A stretch of 64,000 bases of DNA from a virus (taxonomy: Duplodnaviria > Heunggongvirae > Uroviricota > Caudoviricetes): positions 70,193-134,192 of the IMG/VR virus record IMGVR_UViG_3300046507_000526; one strand, written 5' to 3'. Shown one piece after another: positions 54,154-61,699 of the stretch (position 1 is the first letter of the stretch; every line of letters starts with the position of its first letter). The translations under genes were made by a program, and so were the position numbers. The notes beneath the pieces are model-generated. The model saw only the letters and a program-made list of their open reading frames with translations, was not told the origin of the DNA and did no database searches.

Positions 54154-54875
54154 GCAAAGATTGGAGCGGAATCAATGATCGAAACGTTGCCCGCCAGCCT
54201 GTCGCTATCGACAAGCAATGCACATGCAAAGGTGTGTTCGGGCACAGTCGCCAATGCGCGATGTTCGATGAGTCGATGATGAGTATCGCCGCCCCGCTCG
54301 CCAATGAAGCAAGCAAGCCTATGCCATCGGTCGAGCAGGACGAGCGCGGAGAGTTGTTGCCGTGTCCCTTCTGTGGCGATAAAGCTGAATACAAGTACAA
54401 CGCCTTCCATGGGAATAATTCCTTGGCGGTGTGTAGGGGTTGCGGAGCCCAGGCTTTCTGGAGTAAATGGCAAGCCCGCGCCGCATCAACTTCCGCCAAT
54501 GTGGCGCAGGGGTCGAAGTTGTCGGTGTGGTACGGTTCGATGCCAGAGAGCAACGGCAAGACCAACTGGACCGCAATTCTGCATCGTGGCGATGTAACGA
54601 GCGGCATCACCATTGACATGAGCGAATACCCGGATCGTGTTCGCTACGAAGCTGACCGCATGCGCTGGATGATTGGAGAGCTTGACAAGGAACCGTTCAT
54701 TCTTGATTACGACGCCGACAAGCACAGCGGCTACGTTGCCAATGCAGGACCTAACGAAGGCTACGAGAACTGGTTTCACGATGCCATCTCTACTGGGAAG
54801 GTGTCGGCTGGACATGATGACCAGTTTAAGCTGTGTTGGGCTGCTGCGCTTGATTACGCCAAATCATTGAGGTGA
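54150..54875 (+). CDS. hypothetical protein with Lar-like zinc ribbon
   Basis: CPFCGDKAEY...CRGCGAQ. Confidence 0.45.
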   Translation: MSKDWSGINDRNVARQPVAIDKQCTCKGVFGHSRQCAMFDESMMSIAAPLANEASKPMPSVEQDERGELLPCPFCGDKAEYKYNAFHGNNSLAVCRGCGAQAFWSKWQARAASTSANVAQGSKLSVWYGSMPESNGKTNWTAILHRGDVTSGITIDMSEYPDRVRYEADRMRWMIGELDKEPFILDYDADKHSGYVANAGPNEGYENWFHDAISTGKVSAGHDDQFKLCWAAALDYAKSLR

Positions 54876-54878
54876 AAC

Positions 54879-55073
54879 ATGGTAAAAGTAGTTGGTCAGG
54901 ATACATCCGTCGTTAAGCGGGCAACCTGCAGACAATGCGGAGCTGTCAACGAATACCTGCCTAATGAAGTACGGGAGCTGTATCGGGGCAAAGACATAAG
55001 CGGTTGTAGAGAGGGCCAGGATGGCTTCAACTGCGGCCAGTGCGGAAACCAGGTCATAACCAGGAGTTGGTAA
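54879..55073 (+). CDS. small zinc-ribbon protein
   Basis: CRQCGA...CGQCGN. Confidence 0.4.
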   Translation: MVKVVGQDTSVVKRATCRQCGAVNEYLPNEVRELYRGKDISGCREGQDGFNCGQCGNQVITRSW

Positions 55074-55075
55074 GC

Positions 55076-55354
55076 ATGAGCACGAAAGAGGTTATCTGCA
55101 AACATTGTAACGTTAAGCTTGTGTTGGGCAGATTGATGCCAAGTCGCACCAATACCTGGCTTAATGAAAATCCCGGCCCTCTTTCCCAGTACTGTTGGGC
55201 TGACCCTGTACTCGGCTCCCAACTCCATGAACCCGTCGAACCGGATCTGAATGCCGAGATCACAAAAATCTGGGAGAAGTACGATCACACGACGTTCAAT
55301 CAACAATCCGTGGCAATCGCTTTCGCAAAGGAAGTGAGGGCTATCAAAGTTTGA
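55076..55354 (+). CDS. hypothetical protein
   Basis: AGGAG RBS; CKHCN. Confidence 0.45.
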   Translation: MSTKEVICKHCNVKLVLGRLMPSRTNTWLNENPGPLSQYCWADPVLGSQLHEPVEPDLNAEITKIWEKYDHTTFNQQSVAIAFAKEVRAIKV

Positions 55355-55492
55355 GGTAAACGTGTACACAAAAGAATACGATTTGCAAAACGATTGGTGG
55401 GAGATCCTCGATCCGGATGGTAATTTCATTGTTCCGGTAAAGATTGAATCTCAAGCGGACGCTTTGTTGTCTCATCTCAACCGAGGTTAAAA

Positions 55493-55672
55493 ATGCTGTA
55501 TAGAATCATTGGCAGCGTCTTGGTGGTCGTCGTCTGTGTGGGTGGCTATCTCGCCTTTGGCAGAGACTCTGCATCCGCTCAGACAGGCTCTGACGCAGTC
55601 CAAACCCAATCCGCAGCTCCTGCTGCAGCCCCGTCGGATGATCTTCCGCAAATCAACATCAACAACAAGTAA
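55493..55672 (+). CDS. small membrane protein (59 aa)
   Basis: hydrophobic N-terminus. Confidence 0.3.
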   Translation: MLYRIIGSVLVVVVCVGGYLAFGRDSASAQTGSDAVQTQSAAPAAAPSDDLPQININNK

Positions 55673-55681
55673 GGATCAGAA

Positions 55682-56599
55682 ATGAAAAGCAAGGTTACAA
55701 ACTTCCTGGGCATGTTTGCAGTGTTTTTCGCACTGTGCACGTTCTTCTCCCACGCGCAAGCCCAAACCCTCATCGTTGCCACTGGTGGCGTGAAGGGTTC
55801 GACGTACTCAGCAGTCTTTCAGGAGTTGAACAAGTACTGCGGTCAGAATGGTGAAATCACCGAAATGCATTCCGGAGGCTCGAATGACAACATCGACAAA
55901 CTCGTCGGCAACCAGGTCAACGCCGCCCTCGTCCAAACCGATGTCGTCTTCTTCCGTTCAGCCACCGAAGATCTCAGCAAGATCAAAACTGTGTTCGCCC
56001 TCTTCCCCGAACAAGTCCACTTCGTGGCTCGTGCGGAAGGTCAACAGGAAGGCGGCGTCCTCGGATTCGGCGGAAAGACAATCCACTTCAACACTATTGC
56101 TGACCTCGCAGGCCGAAATGTTGGTGCGGCTGGTGGATCTGTCCTCACATCGAAGGTTGTTTCCAAGTACGCAAAGCTGAACTACAACACTGTCGAATTC
56201 AAGACCAACGACGAAGCTCTGGCTGCGTTGCAGGACAAGAAGGTCGATGCGGTTGTCATTGTCGGCGGTCAACCGATGGCTGCGATTTCGGCGCTGTCGG
56301 CTGCATACAAGCTTCTGTCCGTGGGACCTGCCCAGATGACGGCCTTGAGTGGCGTGTATCAGCCTAGCCGTGCGAACTACCGTAACGTCAACGCGGCTGG
56401 TGTCCAGACGATTTCGACTCAGGCTATCCTGATTTCGCGTGAGTATCACTCGCCGAAGTTTGTGAATGCCTTATCGCAGTATCGTGCATGTTTCTACAAG
56501 AACCTGCAGGACATTCAGGACACGACGGGTACGCATCCGGCATTCCAGGAAATCGATCCGAACAATCACGGAAAGTGGGCCTGGATGGATCTGAAATGA
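55682..56599 (+). CDS. secreted TAXI-family-like solute-binding protein
   Basis: signal peptide; LIVATGGVKGSTYSAVFQEL resembles TAXI TRAP-SBP TGGTGGvYY motif; GC-rich codons. Confidence 0.45.
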   Translation: MKSKVTNFLGMFAVFFALCTFFSHAQAQTLIVATGGVKGSTYSAVFQELNKYCGQNGEITEMHSGGSNDNIDKLVGNQVNAALVQTDVVFFRSATEDLSKIKTVFALFPEQVHFVARAEGQQEGGVLGFGGKTIHFNTIADLAGRNVGAAGGSVLTSKVVSKYAKLNYNTVEFKTNDEALAALQDKKVDAVVIVGGQPMAAISALSAAYKLLSVGPAQMTALSGVYQPSRANYRNVNAAGVQTISTQAILISREYHSPKFVNALSQYRACFYKNLQDIQDTTGTHPAFQEIDPNNHGKWAWMDLK

Positions 56600-56796
56600 G
56601 CCTTACAAGTATTATGCTGCACATTTACGCCGCTGGTGTCTTGCTTCTCGGAGGTATCAATATCGGCTCATTCCTGATGACGGATGATGGGTATAGTTCC
56701 GCTGTCTTTCGGGAAATTGTGCAGGCTATCATAATTACCGTTCTCTGGCCTGTTACGTTCCCAGTAGTGCTTGTGCTCTGGGCGCTAGGGCTGTGA
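56596..56796 (+). CDS. small membrane protein
   Basis: ATGA overlap with upstream stop. Confidence 0.4.
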   Translation: MSLTSIMLHIYAAGVLLLGGINIGSFLMTDDGYSSAVFREIVQAIIITVLWPVTFPVVLVLWALGL

Positions 56797-56801
56797 CCGC
56801 A

Positions 56802-56828
56802 GGGGTGCTTTTACAGGCCCCTTTTTTC
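56802..56828 (+). terminator. rho-independent terminator
   Basis: GGGGTGCTTTTACAGGCCCC plus T-run. Confidence 0.55.
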
Positions 56829-56833
56829 TTTAG

Positions 56834-57025
56834 ATGGAACAAATCAAAAACAATATGAACAAACTTCAAAAACAGAATTTGAACGAGGCAATTGCTAAAA
56901 CTTTGTCTCAAGTCCGGAATGATTGGACCAAAATGGGGGGCGTGACCAAGACCTTGAAAAAAGCAGCGCATAAAGCTAGAATGAAGGCCTTTGAACAAAA
57001 TGCATTTAACAAGGATAAGAAATGA
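56834..57025 (+). CDS. hypothetical protein
   Basis: 63 aa ORF. Confidence 0.4.
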   Translation: MEQIKNNMNKLQKQNLNEAIAKTLSQVRNDWTKMGGVTKTLKKAAHKARMKAFEQNAFNKDKK

Positions 57026-57312
57026 GTGACGATAATTTTGAAAAGGTAGAACCGGTCCTTCCGGAAGACATGAAGATGTCATACGAAGATCCCAATGAGT
57101 ACTTCATTTATCGGCCAGATACCGATGTTGTGAAACTCAGCATGGGTATCCATGGTTCGGGCGTTCCCTTTGAAGTAGTGGAATTCGAAGGTACACGATT
57201 CTACGAAATCCAGAATGAACTCTGGCAAAGGGCAGATGTTGGTGTCGATGCGCTTGGCGTATACGTAGTATTTTATCGAATGAAGAAAGAGTTCAAAGGC
57301 TACGGAGTTTAA
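57022..57312 (+). CDS. hypothetical protein
   Basis: 96 aa ORF. Confidence 0.4.
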   Translation: MSDDNFEKVEPVLPEDMKMSYEDPNEYFIYRPDTDVVKLSMGIHGSGVPFEVVEFEGTRFYEIQNELWQRADVGVDALGVYVVFYRMKKEFKGYGV

Positions 57313-57313
57313 A

Positions 57314-57535
57314 GTGCATATTTTGTACTACATCATCGGTGCAGTGGTATCCTACTTTATCATCGTAGGTGTGGTGGCCAAATTCGTAGGTATTGACCCC
57401 AGAGACGCTGATGAATTCATGCCTGCGCTTTTGATACCGATGCTTCTTTCATGCGTATGGCCTATTGTATTGCCTCTTACCTTGTCAGGGTTCGGAGGCT
57501 ACGCAATTATCAAACACTTCAATAAGAAAAGGTAA
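57314..57535 (+). CDS. small membrane protein
   Basis: 73 aa, two TM helices. Confidence 0.4.
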   Translation: MHILYYIIGAVVSYFIIVGVVAKFVGIDPRDADEFMPALLIPMLLSCVWPIVLPLTLSGFGGYAIIKHFNKKR

Positions 57536-57537
57536 AC

Positions 57538-57966
57538 ATGACAACTCTGTATCAACATCTTAATGAACTGAAGACCGACGCTTTGAAACGCGGGGACTCT
57601 TTTACATTCACCAAGCTTGGTACTATCCTTGGTGAAGCCAAACAGGTTGCCACGAAGAAAGAAAATCGTGATCCTACCGATGAAGAAGTCATATCGATCA
57701 TCAAGAAAGGTCTCGAAGGCATTGCTGAAATGCTTAAGCATGAGAAGGAATATGACAAAGCCCACGTTTTGATTGTGGAACGTGATCTGCTTACCAAGTT
57801 CATGCCTACGCAGTTGTCTGAGCTTGAAATCAAGACTTTGATCGAGAATGCCGCTTTGGATAATCTCGGTAAGATCATGGGTCTGTTCAAGAAGAACTTC
57901 CAGGGAAAATATGATGGAAACGTTGTCCGAAATCTTGCCGAACAATTTTTGGCAAAGAGTGCTTGA
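57538..57966 (+). CDS. YqeY/GatB-domain protein
   Basis: PTDEEVISIIKK, DLLTKFMPTQLSELEIKTLIE, LGKIMGLFKKNFQGKYDG follow the YqeY pattern. Confidence 0.7.
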   Translation: MTTLYQHLNELKTDALKRGDSFTFTKLGTILGEAKQVATKKENRDPTDEEVISIIKKGLEGIAEMLKHEKEYDKAHVLIVERDLLTKFMPTQLSELEIKTLIENAALDNLGKIMGLFKKNFQGKYDGNVVRNLAEQFLAKSA

Positions 57967-58031
57967 CCAAGAAAAACAACGCTGCCCCGAGTGCGGATGT
58001 ATCGGGGCTCATTTCTGTGTAGGGAGGCAAA

Positions 58032-58763
58032 TTGACGAACGAGATTTCTACGAAGACTCTCAGGAAAGAAGCACCGGAGCTTGATACAGAGAAAGTGCGT
58101 TTGATTTTCCTGGATATCGATGGAGTCGTAATCTCTGCTAAGACCGCGCTTCTTGCAGGTGGATGGGGTAGACTTTTTGTAGACTATTCCATGTACGACG
58201 GAGGATGGTTCAATTCTTCCGAGAAGAAAGTGCTCTGCCCGCCGTATGTGCGCAACCTGGAGTCGGTTGATAAGCATGCAGTTGGGCTTATCAATCAACT
58301 TTGTAAGGTGACAAATGCACACATTGTTCTTTCATCAACGTGGAGGCTTGGAATAGATGTCTACCAGATTCGGCAAGTTCTCGAAGCGATGGGAATCGAC
58401 CCATACCGTGTCATTGGTAAAACGCACAGCGGTGGATCTAATCGCGGGGAGGAGATATTCCATTTCTTACAGGGAATTGGCGAGAAGCGGTCGCATCAGG
58501 ATCCAGACTTTTTTGTATCTCAAGGGCGTCTCCTCGAATCACTTAGCAAAGTTGTGCTCGAAGTCGAAAGTTATACCATTATCGACGATGTGCAAGCGTT
58601 CTTACCAGATCAACAGGCGCATTTTGTACAGACAGATGAAACCGAAGGATTTGGCCTTACAGATTGTCTACTAGCAGGGTATATTCTTACGGGCAAGGAC
58701 TTCGGTATCCCTCAGCTTCAGAGCGGAGAGGACTATGAGGGCAAACTGATTCTATCGACATGA
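58032..58763 (+). CDS. HAD-like phosphatase (DxDGV)
   Basis: LIFLDIDGVVISAKT motif. Confidence 0.5.
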   Translation: MTNEISTKTLRKEAPELDTEKVRLIFLDIDGVVISAKTALLAGGWGRLFVDYSMYDGGWFNSSEKKVLCPPYVRNLESVDKHAVGLINQLCKVTNAHIVLSSTWRLGIDVYQIRQVLEAMGIDPYRVIGKTHSGGSNRGEEIFHFLQGIGEKRSHQDPDFFVSQGRLLESLSKVVLEVESYTIIDDVQAFLPDQQAHFVQTDETEGFGLTDCLLAGYILTGKDFGIPQLQSGEDYEGKLILST

Positions 58764-58945
58764 AAGAACCTGTTCTTTGGCAATACTACGAGGATAGAGC
58801 GCCTGCTCCATGTTGGAAAACTATACCTGAGCATACGGTTGAAGGGTATAACCAGAGAGGTTACAAAACCAGGAGTCTAGGTGTTCTGGAAGAATTTGAC
58901 CCAGTCAAGATCTCTATGCCTTGGCCATTCCCTGTCGGTGTTTAA
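58760..58945 (+). CDS. hypothetical protein
   Basis: 61 aa ORF. Confidence 0.35.
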   Translation: MKEPVLWQYYEDRAPAPCWKTIPEHTVEGYNQRGYKTRSLGVLEEFDPVKISMPWPFPVGV

Positions 58946-58966
58946 TTTCAATAATTTTCTGTTTGT

Positions 58967-58975
58967 TGGTATAAG
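58967..58975 (+). promoter_or_regulatory. TGGTATAAG promoter motif
   Basis: conserved box. Confidence 0.4.
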
Positions 58976-58981
58976 CAAATT

Positions 58982-59317
58982 GTGAGGGAAGTCATAGCCG
59001 CGTTGACTTTCCTCATTTCTATTATTAGCGGCTTTTGTTTAGGTTCTACAAAGATGTCTACGATTTCTCTTCAAGCAGCAGCACGTACTTTTGTTCGTAA
59101 CACTACGAATCTCCGTAAGGAAAGCGATATCTCCATCGCTGATATGGCAGCAGCAACCAAGCTGTCGATTTCGACTCTCAAGCGTATTGAAAAATATGCA
59201 CGACTCGGCGCACTCGCGGGCAATTATCGTCCGACTCTGGCTACCGTCGTTAAGATTGCAAACGTTGCACAAGTAACGCCTGATGAACTTCTGCAACTTG
59301 AGTTGGAAGTTGCTTAA
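58982..59317 (+). CDS. helix-turn-helix (XRE-like) DNA-binding protein
   Basis: MAAATKLSISTLKRIEKY and ATVVKIANVAQVTPDEL HTH pattern; immediately upstream of ncRNA array. Confidence 0.5.
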   Translation: MREVIAALTFLISIISGFCLGSTKMSTISLQAAARTFVRNTTNLRKESDISIADMAAATKLSISTLKRIEKYARLGALAGNYRPTLATVVKIANVAQVTPDELLQLELEVA

Positions 59318-60085
59318 GCTTCGCTAAAGCAGTACAATTAAGGCGTAGGTTACGCTGCGCCTTTCTGTTAATCTCGGTACAACAGAGGCGATCATGATGA
59401 ACGAAGTTATTAGCGTTGCAGAGTATGAAGAAGGGTTTGCCCTCATCGAAGATACGCAGGGCAAGTATATGGTTACAAGAGACAGTCCCGAGATCACTGA
59501 AATCCAGTTTCCTCGGTGTTTTTTGACAGACCGTGATCGCCAGGCCCTTTTAACGTAAAGAACAATATGCACCGGAAGTAAGGTCCGTTTCTCCTGCCCC
59601 GAATGAGCAACCTGGGTTAACCTTACAGAATTGCTTCCATGACTTAGTATTTTAGTAATGGCAACATTGCTAGAGGAATTGTAACAATCCTCTAACGTTG
59701 TCTCGGCTGCGCCGAGATGAGGTGATGAGATGTCGTCGACCGAGACGCCGACGTCCTTGAGCTGGGATCCGTATAGGTACCATCCCAGTAGCTCGTGAAC
59801 CGAGCATGAGTCCGTCATGGACAACCAGAGTTTACCGCTCTGGTAGCAGAAGTTTGAAGTGCTCAAGCTGACCTTGTTAACCTTTACCCTTAAAGGTAGA
59901 GCGAAACTAAAGGACAGAGGGTATCTGTAACAGTACTCTACGCTTCCTTCGCACACCGCGAAAAGCAAAACCATTACCCAGCTGGGGCTGGGTAAAACTG
60001 ATTCTGCTCTTGGCCAGAACCTGGTTTATAGTTAGTTAACTTTAGATGCTAACCAGGCGTATTCTTAGCAGAATGTGTTCAAACA

Positions 60086-60175
60086 TTGAGAGCCGACGTG
60101 ATTGGGTTATCTCCAAAAATTACTCCACTCCAAATTTTGCTTTCAACAATTTCTGTATTAATGGTATAATAGTTT
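60086..60175 (+). ncRNA. Y-RNA-like repeat unit 0 (GAGCCG 60090, GGTTATCT 60105)
   Basis: conserved 5' box GAGCCG-N9-GGTTATCT. Confidence 0.4.
60162..60170 (+). promoter_or_regulatory. TGGTATAAT promoter motif about 10 nt upstream of unit 1 GAGCCG box
   Basis: places a likely transcription start at the conserved box. Confidence 0.4.
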
Positions 60176-60295
60176 TAGTGAGCCGTCTTATCTGGGTTAT
60201 CTCAATTGGTGAACTCTACCCCAGGTTACTCTTTAGTTCACTCTCCGCTTTAATCCTGAAGTGTCTTAGTGCCACAAGACATTTTGGAATTAAAG
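60176..60295 (+). ncRNA. Y-RNA-like repeat unit 1
   Basis: GAGCCG 60180, GGTTATCTCAATTGGTGAACTC 60195; recalled from memory, vertebrate hY1 reads GGUCCGA...GUGAGUUAUCUCAAUUGAUUGUUCAC. Confidence 0.45.
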
Positions 60296-60296
60296 T

Positions 60297-60371
60297 TCAC
60301 GGACCGCTCGAATCTCGGTTATCTATTGCTAAGAAACCTCCGAGTTTCATTTATTTGTCCGTTCCAGTTTT
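60297..60371 (+). ncRNA. Y-RNA-like repeat unit 2
   Basis: GGACCG 60301, GGTTATCT 60317. Confidence 0.4.
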
Positions 60372-60519
60372 AGTTGAACCGTAGAAATAGGTTATCAAGC
60401 CCAAATCGCCATTCACAGGTTCGAATCCTGTAACCCGTCGGTAGTTAGACGTCGGGTTTAGCCAAGCTGGCAAGGCAGCGATTCCGAAGTCTATTTCGAT
60501 CCTTTGTTCAACACCCAGT
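60372..60519 (+). ncRNA. Y-RNA-like repeat unit 3 with tRNA-like module
   Basis: GAACCG 60376, GGTTATCA 60390; T-arm ACAGGTTCGAATCCTGT (60415-60431), acceptor-like hairpin AACCCG.../...CGGGTT (60432-60458), TA, D-arm GCCAAGCTGGCAAGGC (60461-60476). Confidence 0.5.
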
Positions 60520-60682
60520 TTCATCGAGCCGATAGCTAAGGGTTATCTACTATGGAAGTTAAACGACGGTTACTCTGCATTACTCCGAAAGGAGAGAGTT
60601 TCAAGAGGGTTAACAAACTAGCTGTACCTCTGGTCTTAGGTTGAAGACTATCTCCCTTGCACTCCTTGCTCGTTTCAAGTTT
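60520..60682 (+). ncRNA. Y-RNA-like repeat unit 4
   Basis: GAGCCG 60524, GGTTATCT 60540. Confidence 0.4.
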
Positions 60683-60841
60683 CGCTGAGCCGTTAGTATT
60701 GCGTTACCTTCCTGTTAAGAACGAGTTTCAGGTTCGAACCCTGACGGCAGGGCTAAGAGTATATAGTGCTTTTAGTCCTGCTGTAGTTAAATCGGTATAA
60801 CACGCAAATTTCGCAGTACACCTTTTGTTCAGCATTAAATT
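60683..60841 (+). ncRNA. Y-RNA-like repeat unit 5 with tRNA-like module
   Basis: GAGCCG 60687; T-arm TCAGGTTCGAACCCTGA (60728-60744), 3' acceptor strand CGGCAGG (60745-60751) pairs 7/7 with CCTGCTG (60777-60783) across a 25-nt loop, then TA and D-arm GTTAAATCGGTATAAC. Confidence 0.5.
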
Positions 60842-60911
60842 TGTGAGCCGTTCAGGTTTGGATTATCCTTTTAAGATTTCCTCCAGATCAATTCTTTTGC
60901 TCACTTCATCT
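60842..60911 (+). ncRNA. Y-RNA-like repeat unit 6
   Basis: GAGCCG 60845, GGATTATC variant. Confidence 0.35.
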
Positions 60912-61141
60912 TTACGGACCGTTAGTATTAGGTTATCTACTTATGGGAAGTCGGGGTCGGGGGTTCGAATCCCTCCAGTGGCAATGCTACTGTAGCTCAG
61001 TGGTAGAGCACGAAAAATCTCCTAGTACGCCTTTTGTCCGTTTCAATTTTTTCACCTAGACGGTCATCTTGGAAAATGGGTCGCAACCTAATCTGAGAGA
61101 TTCGAGACAAACCCTATAGAAGGGCGGTGAAAGTTCAAAAT
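60912..61141 (+). ncRNA. Y-RNA-like repeat unit 7 with tRNA-like module
   Basis: GGACCG 60916, GGTTATCT 60931; T-arm GGGGGTTCGAATCCCTC (60959-60975), CAGTGGC (60976-60982) pairs 7/7 with GCTACTG (60986-60992) across AAT loop, then TA and D-arm GCTCAGTGGTAGAGC (60995-61009). Confidence 0.5.
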
Positions 61142-61300
61142 ATAGAGCCGCTAGAATTAGGTTACCGCTCCATTACTGCGGACGCCAGAAGGTCTGGATT
61201 ATCATTGGTTCGATTCCAATCGTCTATCCCTAGTTCATCTTTTGCTCTATTCCTAGATTACCTTTCGTATACTCAAGTTGCATGTTGAGAACATAGAGCA
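61142..61300 (+). ncRNA. Y-RNA-like repeat unit 8 (3' boundary uncertain)
   Basis: GAGCCG 61146, GGTTACCG variant; T-arm ATTGGTTCGATTCCAAT (61204-61220). Confidence 0.35.
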
Positions 61301-61641
61301 ACTCTATGGTTATTTCTCCACGGGATCCGCTCCACTACGGGTTACGGGCTTTGCCCTTCACCCTACGTTGCGCTACTCCCGAGGTCTTCTTTCGAGATCC
61401 CAGAAGGACCTCGATGAGGAAAGGTAGCTTTATCCATGACTTACGTATTATTGTTCTTCGAACATAGTGTAGAGTAACTCTACAGTTTATGCTTCGACTC
61501 TTCGTCCTACGGACTATCGAGTCGAGGAGCTGGGATGTTCTTCCCAGGTACCCTGGTGAAGAGCTGCAGGGCTCCAGCACCTCCAACCCAGCATGAGGTA
61601 AGTCGTTTTCAAATCCTGCCACCAAGCAGGGATTGCGTTTA

Positions 61642-61677
61642 AAGGTCTGTTAACTTCGGTTTCAGACCTTTCTTTTT
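61642..61677 (+). terminator. rho-independent terminator closing the ncRNA array
   Basis: AAGGTCTG...CAGACCTT hairpin plus TCTTTTTT, 22 nt before rsr start. Confidence 0.65.
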
Positions 61678-61699
61678 TAGTCCTTTAAGGAGCCGTAAC

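Noticed and set aside
57552-58322. 256-aa minus-strand ORF
   Set aside because: It overlaps the plus-strand YqeY-domain and HAD-like genes, which have recognisable motifs. It is antisense to the otherwise unidirectional gene order.
59324-60384. ORFs 59324-59974 (minus) and 60046-60384 (plus) across the ncRNA array
   Set aside because: They have no RBS or motifs. The plus ORF merely translates through the repeated GGTTATCT boxes (WVIS repeated). The region is better explained as noncoding RNA genes.
60415-61009. Circularly permuted tRNA genes (T-arm and 3' acceptor strand upstream of the 5' acceptor strand and D-arm)
   Set aside because: Considered seriously, because the acceptor strands pair 7/7. 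But no anticodon arm is present in either order. The arrangement matches the closed-acceptor tRNA-like domain of YrlA-type Y RNAs, and the array is adjacent to rsr. I prefer that explanation.
60086-61300. CRISPR array hypothesis for the GAGCCG...GGTTATCT repeats
   Set aside because: Spacing between repeats is highly irregular (70-230 nt). The repeats are imperfect. The intervening segments contain tRNA-like arms rather than uniform spacers.
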